The notes below the pieces were generated by a model, which was given only the letters and a program-made list of their open reading frames with translations, did not search any database and was not told the DNA's origin. Positions 49,464-61,365 of a stretch of 64,000 nucleotides of DNA are shown here, piece by piece. The stretch spans positions 23,688,136 to 23,752,135 of the forward strand of contig JARDVH010000157.1 of the NCBI GenBank assembly GCA_030324005.1, written 5' to 3'. Positions within the stretch are counted from its first letter, which is position 1. Each line of letters begins with the position of its first letter. The position numbers and the translations under genes were made by a program. The DNA is from Negaprion brevirostris. Lineage: Eukaryota.

Positions 49464-50499
49464 TGTTATCACCAAATTCTACCAAACAATAATATATCAT
49501 TTACCTTACTGGTTATTAAAAAATTGGAACAAGTCAGTCTTGTAATATGTGAGATCACTGAGTGCTTCCAGAATCAGCCGAACATTGATTATAAATTGAC
49601 TTGGCTTCATGCGTTATTTGTCTTTCATGGCCCTATCATATTATTTTTCTCCAAGCTCCTTGAAATTTATGCCAAATGGATGGCTGAATGTATCTTGATA
49701 ATAATCTTGCCATTAATAAGTCAAGTGACAAGCTAAAGACCCATGGCTAGTTCTGGACAATTTTTTACAATTTCTTCAGATTGCCTTGCAAAACAAACTG
49801 CCTGCCTTCATTGGCACTGCTGCATAGACGTAATTACAACTGATGGTGATACTTTTATTTGGTCTTGCAAAAAGTGTTACGACTTTTTTGTCAGGCTCAC
49901 CTTCCCAGAGTCTGTAATATTTTGGCATGCTTCTAAAGTGTTTGGAGAAGATAATGTACCTAATCTTAAAGTGAAATTTTACAGTTGCAATTCTTTAATG
50001 TGGAAATAGGAAATTGTGGTACGTTGCCCACTTGTAATCGAATGACATTTCAAGAGATGCTTGTGAGTTTTAGAACTATAATGTATTAAGAATGTGTAAA
50101 AGTTGCATATTGTCTGAAGAGTAGAATTCAAACTGAATGTGTTCGTGTATTCGACCTGTGCTGAGGATGTGATCAGGCTGAACTGTATGACCCTTCTGGA
50201 AGAATAATCTGCTGACCAGTTAAACTGATTTGGTTGTTCTGATTGAGGGGAAAGTGTTCACCGGAAAACCTCCCAGAACCACACAGATTAGTCACTTTGA
50301 GGTACAGGAAAGCTAATGGTGTCAGCATAATCATCTTTTAGGAGTGGTAAGAATTGGAGAGTATATTTTAAATAAAATTAAATCTTAACTGAATGTCACT
50401 TAGAGCGACTTAACTTGGCTTTATTCAAATGGCAGTTGTTTTGCTCGGTCAGGTTAATGAGCTGTCATTAACGATAAAGCCAAACCAAAACTGGTGTTC

Positions 50500-51210
50500 A
50501 TTCAGCTTGCCTCAGTTGGTACTCTTTTTGCCTCTGTGTGGTTGGTTGTGTGTTAAATTTCACTCCAGAACGTGAGCATGTATGTTATCATCAGGGATAT
50601 TATTGTTGGAAACACTGTCTTTTGAGTGAGGTGTTAAACCAAGATGGGCGGCACGGTGGCACAGTGGTTAACACTGCTGCTGCCTCACAGCACCAGGGAC
50701 CTGGCTTCGATTCCCAGCTTGGATCCAGTCTGTGTGGAGTCTACGCGTTCTCCCCATGTCTGTGTGTGTTTCCTCTGGGTATTCCAGTTTTTGTCCACAG
50801 CCTGAAAGATGTGCTGATTAGTTGCATTGATCATATTAAATTCTCCCTTGGTGTACCCGAACAGGCACCGTAGTGTAGTGACTTGGAGATTTTCACAGCA
50901 ACTTAATTGCAGTGTTACTGTAAGTCTACTTGTGATACTAATAAATAAACTTTAAAAAAAAACACAACTCTATTTGCCTGTTCAAATCAGTAGCTGGGAG
51001 TTTTCCTGGCCAACATTGCTCCCTCAATCAGAACAACCAAATCAGTTTAACTGGTCATTCATTTCATTACTGCCTGTGAGACTCCTCCATCCAATTAACT
51101 GTTATGTTTGCCGGTATAACCACTGTGCTTCAGAACAAATTTATTGGTTGTGAAATGCAAACATTATTATGAGAAAGTGATAATGGGCTAAATAAGTAAA
51201 TTCTTTCTTT
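50500..51210 (+). mobile_element. SacSINE1/Deu SINE interrupted by a V-SINE
   Basis: Head ctcagttggtactc, core cctggccaacattgctccctcaatc and tail flank the insertion at 50646-50962. Confidence 0.65.
50646..50962 (+). mobile_element. HE1-like V-SINE, tail type B
   Basis: gggcggcacggtggcacagtgg head, V-domain, ttttcacagcaac...tacttgtgatactaataaataaacttt followed by an A-run. Confidence 0.9.
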
Positions 51211-51571
51211 GCAATGGCGAGTAGTTTTCTGTGGTAAGAAAATTGCAATGGTTGGGAAAATCCAAGTTATGTTTGTGTGCATCGCAAAGAAACACATGCT
51301 AACTCAGTCAGTTTATTGGCATTTGGCATCAAGTCCTTCAAAGCTAAAGTTCCTGTTTCTAGCAAGTGCCACTAGTAAACATGCTGGGCAAATGCACATA
51401 GTCGTTGAGAATTCATTATAAGTTCATAAAATACAGGAGCAGAACTATGCCATTCGGCCCATCACGTCTGCTCTGCCATTCGATCATGGCTGATATGCTC
51501 CTCGTCCCCATCTTCCTGCCTTCTTCCCATTGCAAGACAGTTTGTGTTTTTAAACTACATATACACATACA

Positions 51572-52036
51572 CAAGTCAAAAATTCTTCATCCGTAAATCC
51601 GAAAATCCAGCACATCCAAATACTACAGTTTTTTAAACCTCACTGACCCTGACCCAAGCCAACATGAACATTGCTGACTGCACCTGGCCTTTAGGGTGGG
51701 AAATCTGACCTGAGCTGACAAATCTCACCAGCAGCATTTAATCTTTAGCGCAGAAGTCCCGTTGTTTGTGTGCACTGTTTACCTTGCAAACCCTTTCCTG
51801 CGAGCAGAATCGCAAATGGCGCCAGAGGTGGGAACTTATTACAGGTACCCATATTTATTCAGTGTTGCATCTTTCTTTTCTAGCCACTTTATTTACTTCA
51901 GACAATAGCTCACCTAGGCTTAGACTATTTTAATACAAGTATGCCCAGTCCCATATGTGGTATCTGAAAACCAGAATTATCCAAAGTCCAAAATGTGATT
52001 GACCCTGAGGATTTGGGATAATGGATATTTGACCTG
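51572..52036. mobile_element. Tc1/pogo(Tigger)-like MITE relic
   Basis: Ends caagtcaaaaattcttcatcc and ggataatggatatttgacctg|TA are imperfect terminal inverted repeats. Subterminal tccgaaaatcc-type repeats at both ends. Confidence 0.55.
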
Positions 52037-53339
52037 TACTGCTTTTTCTAAAAATATGACACAGTACTGCTCTATAACATTAGTCTGAAACTTAGTCCTC
52101 GCCCTTGTGCAAATCGGTGAATCCCTGCCTTACACTAATAATCAGTGTTACATACCTTTTGATTATATTAGTTTCCATGAACCACATAGTTCTGTAATGA
52201 TGCAACAGAAAGGACCTGACCTATACAATCACCTAGTGTTTTTCCCTGTGCCTCATACGTCACTATAACTTGTGTAATAACTTTACAATCATGATCCGGT
52301 GCAAGTACGTTTGAAATGTTTATGCTTGCTATTGGCTTGTCCCACACGTCACTATGGGGACCATGTCGCTTTGATCCTGCAAAGCAAAACGCCAGTTACA
52401 ATACAGATGCTAGTTAAAGGGGGAATTCCAGCTCGGTTGTCATCTTCCATCCAAATCATCTGCCTGCTACCGTGCACTGGGTTGCAGGAAGAGATTTTGG
52501 ATNNNNNNNNNNNNNNNNNNNNNNNNNNNNNNNNNNNNNNNNNNNNNNNNNNNNNNNNNNNNNNNNNNNNNNNNNNNNNNNNNNNNNNNNNNNNNNNNNN
52601 NNCTGCTACCGTGCACGGGGTTGCAGGAAGAGATTTTGGATCCATAATAAGCAATTTATGCCACTCCAAAAGAGTTCCTGACTGTCAACCTAAAAGTGTT
52701 TCCCAAACCTGAAGCAGTATTATGTATGTCTTTCATCTTGCGGTATGCATGTCGCCATGTACTCACAAATAACTTGGGAACTAAATTTGATGGCCACCTA
52801 ATTCCTTCAATTATCTCAGCAATGTGCCTATGTTTAGGTTTCAGTTTATTTTGTTATTGTCACAAGTGGGCCACCGTCAACGCTGCAATGAAGTCACTTG
52901 TGAAAAAGTCTATGCTGTCCTGCATTATGACCATTGGTCCTTCACTTGAATTTCACAATTGTATATACAAAAAAAAACAACAACCTTTTGAGATATCCTT
53001 GCATGTAGTTAGTGATAGAGAGCAGGGCTGGTAGGTATATGGTTTCACTCCCAGTTGTGTAGTCAGTCAGGCTTCTATCATCAGTTGATAAGTAGCTTCC
53101 TGACTGTGCACAGCCAGGAAACATGGTCAATTAGATTAGGTACTTGTAGATCCCTGTGGAATTATGCATATACCAGTTCAACCAGTGGGAGATTTTCCTT
53201 GAATATGGTTAGAACTACTGTGTAAACAGTTTGAGGGTAATGGATATTTGACTAGTATTGCTTTTCTCTAAAAATATGGCTTTAGGACCCAGTTGGTTTA
53301 CTTTTAAGTCTTTGGATTGAATCTAACCTTGGCTATTGC

Positions 53340-53530
53340 AAAATATTGTAGATGTTGAAAGTCCAAAATTAAAGCAGAAAATGCTAGAGTAGGTCAGGCA
53401 GCATTGGATGGAGAGAGAAATAGAGTTAATGTTTCTGCTTAGTGACCAAAATTACCTTGGATGTTAACTCTTCCTGTCCATGGGTGCTGCCTGACCTGCA
53501 GTAAACTTGGTTCCTTTTTCATTTACTTGT
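53340..53530. repeat. Penelope-type palindrome family A
   Basis: aggtcaggcagcattggatggagagagaaatagagttaatgtttc versus gatgttaactcttcctgtccatgggtgctgcctgacctg. Confidence 0.75.
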
Positions 53531-53853
53531 TTCAAGATTACATGAAATCAGTTTAGGCAAATCACAGATCTGAACTTCCCAATAACTATGGGAATTAATT
53601 TAACATTATACGTGACATCGGCTACTAAGAAATTTATTCCATTTCATGCATTTGTTTTAAAAGTTGAACTAGACTTTATTCCAAACACACTCAGGCTTAA
53701 ATACAACACATTTGTCTTGCCTTTCCTGAAAATAACNNNNNNNNNNGTCAGGACAATCCAGCCATTCTGACAGTGCTGATAAGCAGTGGCTTCTTGCATC
53801 AGTATATTTGCTGTTTGGAATATTGGATCTGCTATTGCAGGATTTTCTTGTGA

Positions 53854-54126
<273 letters not shown>

Positions 54127-54339
54127 TGATAACCACTTATGACAACCCAATTAAACAGTTTGCAGCTCGGACTATTCCATGGTTGGTTTTTTAGCATTTC
54201 ATATCAGATGGTTGGATTGATTGACAGAATTTTCCCACCCTGGTTATTTTGTGTTCATTTAAGAAGTATTCACTTTAGCTTGAGAATATGTCATGTTTGA
54301 AAGGATAGTAACGTATGACCACTAGTGCATTTCTACTTC

Positions 54340-54655
54340 AGAATCATAATGTAGAAGGAGACCATTTGACCCATTGACTCTACACCGACTTTCCAGCAGA
54401 TCATCCCGCTCAGGCCCTATCCCCGTAGTCCCACATATTTGCCTCACTGATTCCCCTAACCTATACATCCTAGGTCACTAAGGGACATGGCCAATCCACT
54501 TCGCCTGCACGTCTTTGGATTGTGGGAGGAAACCGGAGCACCCAGAAGAAACCCACACAGACAAGTGCCAATTCTACACAGGCACCCAAGGCTGGAATTG
54601 AACTTAGGTCCCTAGCACTATGAGGCAGCAATGCTAACCACTGTATCATCATACT
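54340..54655 (-). mobile_element. HE1 V-SINE, tail A
   Basis: tgtgggaggaaaccggagcaccc V-domain and tRNA head on the minus strand. Confidence 0.9.
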
Positions 54656-55443
54656 GCTCTTAAGTAACAGTGACATTGTAATTATTCAACTCGTACTATT
54701 TGAGTTCTGTCATTAGTAAAATATGCCAAGTCGCTTCATGGGCAAAACCTGAACATGTAAGATGTTAGAGTAGATGACCAGAAGCTGGGGGGTGGGGGGG
54801 ATGCACACAGTCAGAATTGTGAAAATTAAATTGAGAGTGCAGTAGGTTATAAATTTTGTTTCAGCGTGCAAGTGACATTTAAACACAATTATGAAAATAA
54901 ATATTTAAATACATTTGTTGGTGAGCTTAGTATTCAGGTGAGAGATGTTGGTTCCGACAAATAGAACTTCATCTTGTTTCAAGTACACTTTCAATAGACG
55001 TTGGTTGCAAGTAAATCTTGTGATTTGTACGGTTCACCCTCAAATTCGAAAGAATATGTTCACTCCATCCAAGCGACAATTTTATTGCTATTTGATGCTG
55101 AATTTGGGCAGTTTTATACCCATCAGAAACTGTGTTAAGAATATGATTTAATTGCCATTCATTTCAGTCAGCAGAGAGAGAAAAGACTTTCATTCCATTA
55201 TTGGATTTAAACCTGCTCTCAGTTGAATGACCAAAGTCTGATGCATTGCACAATCCAGTCCCCAGTAAGTACATTTGTTAGAAACACATGGAAGTCGAGA
55301 AACTAATTATTGTTTCTTGCTCCATGTGAGCAATGGGACTGACCCAATTAGAAGTTTATAATAGGCTCCAAGTATTGTAGAAGCTGCTCCTTTAAATTGT
55401 GTGATGTATTTCACAGCACAGAAGCAAAAATCGTTTTTTTTCA

Positions 55444-55870
55444 GATGGCCTTGTCTTGATATAAACACTCTGACCCAAAAGGTCAAGGCTCAAGTCCCAT
55501 TCCAGACCTTGAGTATGGAACCCTATACTACTGAAGTGGTGTTGCACTGTCAGACATCAAGTTAGTTAAGAAATTAAATTGATGGGGCCCTAAATGTGTT
55601 TAGTTTTGCATAAAAGACCTCATGATGTAGATTGAAGAAGTGCAGGCAGATTCCCCTGGTGCCCTGGCAAATGTGACTTCTCAGCTAACTGCATTGAAAA
55701 CAGAATATCTAGTCATTTATCTCATTATTAGTTTAGGGATCTTGCTGTGTGCTTATTAGTCATCTTATTTCCCTACCTTACAATAGTACTACATTTTAGA
55801 AATACTTGACTGGCTGTAAAGTATTCTGGAATGTGCTAATGTCACACAAGGTACTTCATGAATGCAGTTC
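55444..55870 (+). mobile_element. SacSINE1/Deu SINE
   Basis: ttgaagaag...ggtgccctggcaaat...gggatcttgctgtg...ttacaatagt...ggctgtaaag tail. Confidence 0.7.
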
Positions 55871-57624
55871 CCCTCCCCTTACCCCTCACATTCATGTCTT
55901 TACTGGGCCAGGGTCGAATGAATGGGGAGAAAGTGCAACTTTTCATAGAGAAAAATATATCTGTTTGGAAGTGAAGAGTTTCGGCAATGCCTGAACCAGT
56001 TGCATGACCTTATTTATATTACTGCCGCTGCGGTTTAAGCTGTCATCGTCAACAGGATCATAGGGGATGAGTTTTCAGATGGATATCCAAAGATTCCAAG
56101 TTGTTTGTCTTGGTTATCAGATTCCTGTCCAGCTAGACCCAGGCAACATTATGAGCATAATGTGCAGTGAAATTATGTATTTAATTTTCTAGCTTTGTTA
56201 AAACACGTGTCCGAAGGGGCATCCATGCAGTTAGTCAGTATTTCTGAGAGGTTTGTGAGAGTGTTGTTAGTACTTGCAGGGTGTGCCTGGGGATGTCGAT
56301 ATTTGATTTGCACGTTTGGCACTGTATCAATTTTTGTGGAGAAGAAAGATTTGAAAACAAATGTTATGTAAGGTATTTGTACCGATAAAAGTTGNNNNNN
56401 NNNNGTTGAGATCTGAATAAACATAATTCTGTTGAGTATGTGCATGGGAGTTTCCATTTATAAACTAATACTTTCTGGTCCCAGCTCATTTAAATAGACT
56501 AAATTTGGACTTGGAAACCCCATTATACTGTAATTTGAAAGGGTACGTTAGAAGCTGAGTGCAGTCTTAAATGTTTGTTGCATTACCTGAAAAGTTTAAT
56601 TTTAGGTATTTGGTTCTCACTTACGCCCATGATTTTGGGCAGAGTTCCTTTTCAACTTGCTGAATTTGCTGCTGAGCCAAATTTAGGATGGAGTAAAAGA
56701 CTTTAATCCTTTCCATTACATTTGTTCTCATTCCAATGACTTGGCTCCAATTTAAGTTATGCTTTATATTTGTAAGGATAGGTGCGTTTGAGGATACGAT
56801 TCATTTAACCTGGGCCTCTTGGATTTGGCTCTTTACAGACTACTATCATTAACAACCTTACAGTGCATCTGCCCCAAGTGCCAGATCTAATGCGATTAGG
56901 ACTCTGCTGTTGGTCCGTGCACTTTTTGGCAGGTGCTAATGTTTTCCTGTCGCTATCCAGAGTCTTGTTGTGTCTGACGCAATATGTCTGCCGTTACTAA
57001 GGGAGCAAACTCATTGTGTTTGTTTTAAGGAGTTTCTATTATCATCAAGGTGGGGAATCTCAGTGCCTGGAGTTGAAATAATTCCATTTCAGGCATCTAT
57101 AATTAGCAACATGCACTCACAGAACAGGTAGCACATAATTAGGTGCAAAGTAAAGATCCCTATAGCTTCCAACAATATGACTCACCCTCAATCTCAGAAT
57201 AACGCCTCCTACAAATTTTTTCCATACAGGTGGCCTTTGATGAGATTCTCGATTAGTGTAGAATTGGGAGTCAGTTTTGTTCTTTGGGCCTTGTTCACAA
57301 GAAACACTCAATCTCAAGTTGAAATTGTCTAAATTTGCTTCCAAGTGAAGAGTTTCTCATGTTTGGGTGATGGTGTCAGGTACGTCATGTGGCCAACTGT
57401 GGCTTAAGCGTTTTTCTAGATTGAGAGTTGGCAATACAGATCCTGTGCCTTTGGCCAGGTTGAATCAGACAACGTAGGATCTCTGTGCAACTGATGTCTA
57501 GTTACTTGGCTTTGAGATTGAAAACACAGGAGCTCCATGGAATAATACAGTGGACAAGGAGGCCATTTAGCCATTGTGTGTGTAACTGTTCTAAGAAGAA
57601 GGGTAGCCATTTTGCAGCTCAAGT

Positions 57625-57886
57625 GCCAACCATGTCTCAGTTGACAGAAGCTTGACTTTTTGAGGCAACGGTTGAGGTTTGTAATCCTTCTTCAGGACTC
57701 GGCTGTCATTCCATTGCAATACCGAGGGAGTGCTACGTTAAGTGCCGACTTTTAGATGACATTAAACCAGGCGCCATCTGCTTACTCAAATGGATATAAA
57801 ATATCACATGGCACTATTTTCAAGAAGACCGGGGAAATTAATCCCAGTGACCTGGCCAATAATTATCAACATTATCATCACAAAAC
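57625..57886 (+). mobile_element. SacSINE1/Deu SINE 5' part (3' part probably at 61200-61280)
   Basis: ctcagttg head, ccgagggagtgct, atggcactattt, cctggccaataat. Confidence 0.7.
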
Positions 57887-58290
57887 TCAATGGAATTTAG
57901 AAGGCTGAGGGGGGGGATCTTGTAGAGACTTACAAGATAATGGACTAGATAGGGTAGAGGTAGAGTGATTCTTTCCGCTTAGAAAGAAAACCAGGACTAG
58001 AGAGCACAGCTTCAAAATAAGGGGGAGGGGCAGTTTAGAACAGAGTTGAGGAGGAACTTCTTCACTCAAAGGGTGGTGAATCTCTGGAATTCTCTGTCCA
58101 TTGAAGTGGTGGAGGCTACNNNNNNNNNNNNNNNNNNNNNNNNNNNNNNNNNNNNNNNNNNNNNNNNNNNNNNNNNNNNNNNNNNNNNNNNNNNNNNNNN
58201 NNNNNNNNNNNNNNNNNNNGAATGGCGGGGCAGGCTCGAAGGGCTGGATGGCCTACTCCTGCTCCTATTTCTTATGTTCTTATGTTCTTA
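57887..58290 (+). mobile_element. CR1 3' end
   Basis: RRNFFTQRVVNLWNSL motif and (tcttatgt)n tail. Confidence 0.9.
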
Positions 58291-58705
58291 TGTATTTACC
58301 CTGCTAATCCCCCTGACATTCCCCTAACACTAAGGGGTAATTTAGCATGGCCAATCAACTTAACCCTCACATTTTTGGACTAAGGGAGGAAACCGGAGCA
58401 CCTGAGGAAACCCACGCAGACATGGGGAGAATGTGTAAACTCCACACAGACAGTGACGCAAGCCGGGGATTGAATCCCTGGCACTGTGAGACAGCAGTGC
58501 TAACCACTGTGTCACCATGCCCGTGTTAGGTTGGTTGTGCGGGTTAGGTTGATTGGCCATGCTAAGTTGACCCCAGTGTCAGAGGGATTAGTAGGGTAAA
58601 TATGTGGGGTTATGGGAATAGGGTGTGGGTGGAATTGTGTTTGGTGCAGACTCGATGGGCTGAATGGCCTCATTCTGCATTGTAGAGGCTCTATGTCTAT
58701 GATTC
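58291..58705. mobile_element. HE1 V-SINE (-, 58291-58523) abutting an HE1 3' half (+, 58525-58705)
   Basis: Shared gattggccatgctaa...gggattag.agggtaaata segment in opposite orientations. Confidence 0.85.
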
Positions 58706-59170
58706 TAAATGCATGTTCCACTTTGAACAGTCCACGAAAATGGCCGGCACCATAACTCAGCCTGAATAAACAGGCAGTGCACATAATTACATCTTTCTAC
58801 AGATAACGCAGCAGTGATGGCTTTTCACGGATGGGGTAATGTTGTGACCGGTGGAACAGGTGTAAAAACAACAGCACAGGAGGTGTGAGGCACCCTGTCG
58901 AACTCACTGTTGGGATGCTGGAATGACCTTGCCAATGTTCCCAAGTGGCATATCCCAAGCTTCTCAACTCGCCCAGTGTATGCTCTCGGAGACTGAGCGT
59001 GCTGTTGCCATAACAACCCCCTTTGGATTCTTTTTGACCTTTGAAGAAATGTTTAAAGAGAAAAATTTCAAGCTTTGTCAAGCTGATATCAAGAAGGGTA
59101 CCGCAGGAAGTTAAAAACCCATTCTGTCCTGAAATTGCTCTCCTTATTCGTTCCCGATGAGCACTCGCAC

Positions 59171-59538
59171 TGGGGTAGGCAATGGCCTTATGGTTTCATC
59201 ACTAGACTATTAATCCAGGAGCTCAGCTAACATCCTGGGGATCTGGATTCGAATCCCGCCATGGCAGCAAATGATGGAATTTGAATTCAATAAAAAATAT
59301 CTGGAATTAACGATCTACTGATGACCATGAAACCATTGTCGATTGTTGGAAAAACCATCTGGTTCACTAATGCCCTTTAGGGAAGGAAATCTGCCACCCT
59401 TACCTGGTCTGGCCTACGTGTGACACCAGAGCCACAGCAATGTGGTTGACTCTGAACTGTCCTCTGAATAAGGGCAGCCAGGGATGGGCAATAAATGCTG
59501 ACCAGCCAGCGACACCCATTTCCCACAGATGAATTTTT
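59171..59538 (+). mobile_element. tRNA-derived SINE whose tail matches the LINE at 43095-44005
   Basis: A box tggccttatgg, B box gattcgaatcc, core catctggttcactaatgccctttagggaaggaaatctgcc, tail gggatgggcaataaatgctg...cgacaccca. Confidence 0.85.
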
Positions 59539-59626
59539 TTAAGAAAGCTTTGATTTACCAGTTGCTACCGTTCTATAGGCGCATAGACCTATCATTGCCT
59601 TGCTACCTGTGGACCAATCTATCCAT

Positions 59627-60358
59627 CCCTGACATTCCCACTTCCGCAGGTAGTTCCTGACATTCCCACTGCTCCTGGTATTCCCTGACATTCCCACTGT
59701 TCCTGGTATTCCCTGGCGTTCGCACTGCTCCTGGTATTCCCTGACATTCCCACCTATCCTGATGTTCCCTAACATTCTCACTGCCCCTGGTATTCTCTGA
59801 CATCCCCACTGTTCCTGGTATTCCCTGATATTCTCACCTATCCTGATATTCTCTGACATTCCCACTGCCCCTGATATTCCCCAACATTCCCACTGTTCCT
59901 GCTATTCCTTGGCATTCCCACCTTTCCTGATATTCCCTGACATTCCCACTGCCCTGGTATTCCCCAACATTCCCACTGTTCCTGGTATTCCTTGGCATTC
60001 CCACCTATCCTGGTTTCCCTGACATTCTCACATATCCTGGTAGTCCATGGCCTTCCCACTGCTCCTGGAATTCTGTGACCTTCCCACCGATTCTGATATT
60101 CCCTGACAGTCCCACTGCCCCTGGTAGTCCCTGATATTCCCACTTCCGTTGGTATTCCCTGACATTCCCACCTATCCTGGTGTTCCCTGACATTTCACTT
60201 CACCTAGTATTCCCTGGCATTCCCACTTATCTGCATACTCCCTGACATTCCCACTGCTCCTGTATTCCCTGAAATTCCCACCTATCCTGGTATTCCCTGA
60301 CATTCCCACAGATCCTGGTATTCCCTGGCCAAGTATTTCCCCGGCCAAGTATTTCCCC
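59627..60358 (+). repeat. 28-bp minisatellite, about 25 units, consensus CTGGTATTCCCTGACATTCCCACTGYTC, ending in a 16-bp duplication
   Basis: Units read directly. ggccaagtatttcccc occurs twice at 60327-60358. Confidence 0.95.
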
Positions 60359-60359
60359 A

Positions 60360-60917
60360 GCGATGGGCAAGGTGGTGGAGAACCCTTTCTCCCTCAGGCC
60401 ACTTGAGGCCCTTGGGGCAATTAAGAGCTCTTCCCACAATGTGGTATGGGCACTTCACCATGCCAGGCAGGGGAGGGGGAAGGTGGAGTGATGAGGTGCA
60501 TGGGGTGGAATCCCGTTTGGCCATCCTGTGGTCCGGGGTGGAACGCTCAATGTGGCAGGGCCCACTTCCATTGAAATAGCTACCCCCGGCACTCACATTG
60601 CCAGGGCCTGCCCAATTGGTGCCAGGGAGCCTGATGAGAGTGAGCTTCATCAGGGCCCCCTCCGTGTGGCTGCTCTAGGCCTCGCTGCAGTGCCGGCAGT
60701 GGCCACCACTCCCAGTGGCGCTGCTGAGACTGACAAGCTGTGCGCGGCTGATTGGCTGGCAGATATTGATGGCGGGGCCCCATCCCTTAAGGTGGTGGAA
60801 GCCCCGACTGCAGGCGGTTATCTGAACAAAAAATGCAGTTGGAGTATCCACGACCGAGGGAGGCAAGGTTACTCGACTTTTCAAGTCATGGCCACCCCTG
60901 GCTGGTAAAATCCAGGC
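60360..60917. mobile_element. GC-rich DNA-transposon-like relic
   Basis: Abrupt rise in GC and CpG content. Right end ggtaaaatccaggcc resembles the ends at 48785 and 49463. Confidence 0.45.
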
Positions 60918-60929
60918 CAGCAAGTCCAA

Positions 60930-61195
60930 TTCTGGGCACTACACATCAGCAAAGATGCCAAGATCTTGGAAAACACACCGAGGACATTTATTGAAATGGT
61001 ACCGGGATGTGTGGTCCAGTTACAAAGATAAATTGAGATTGTTCTCCTTCGATAAGGGAATTAAGGGTTACAGGGAGCAGGCGGGAAGGTGGAACTGATC
61101 CACTTCAGATCAGCCATGATCTTATTGAGTGGCGGGGCAGACTTGAGGGGCTAGACGGCCTACTCCTCCTCCTATTTCTTATATTCTTATGCTCT
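60930..61195 (+). mobile_element. CR1 3' fragments
   Basis: gatcagccatgatcttattga...ggcctactcctcctcctatttcttat. Confidence 0.8.
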
Positions 61196-61365
61196 TAAAA
61201 AGAGGGTTAACTGGTCACTGTCGCATTGCTGTTTGTGGGATCGAAATGTGCAAATTGCCTGTCCCGTTTCCTACATAAATCCTCTCCTAACTTACAATGT
61301 TCTGGTAAAAAAAGCCTCTCATAGTTAAAGCCTTTCCCTTGGTATCATCTGTTTATATCTGTCAT

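Noticed and set aside
27512-53228. Scattered GTAAACA forkhead sites as an autoregulation signal
   Set aside because: A handful of 7-mers in tens of kb of AT-rich DNA is expected by chance.
59627-60358. CRISPR-like array or repetitive protein ORFs on the minus strand
   Set aside because: Units are contiguous with no unique spacers, there are no cas genes, and the context is eukaryotic. The ORFs are by-products of a 28-bp period.
60630-60654. CTGATGA motif as a hammerhead
   Set aside because: No downstream GAAA/UH; it is only an 8-bp inverted repeat CCTGATGA/TCATCAGG.
60360-60917. CpG island, promoter or 126-aa ORF
   Set aside because: Short, embedded in a repeat stack, has a transposon-like end and no recognisable protein.
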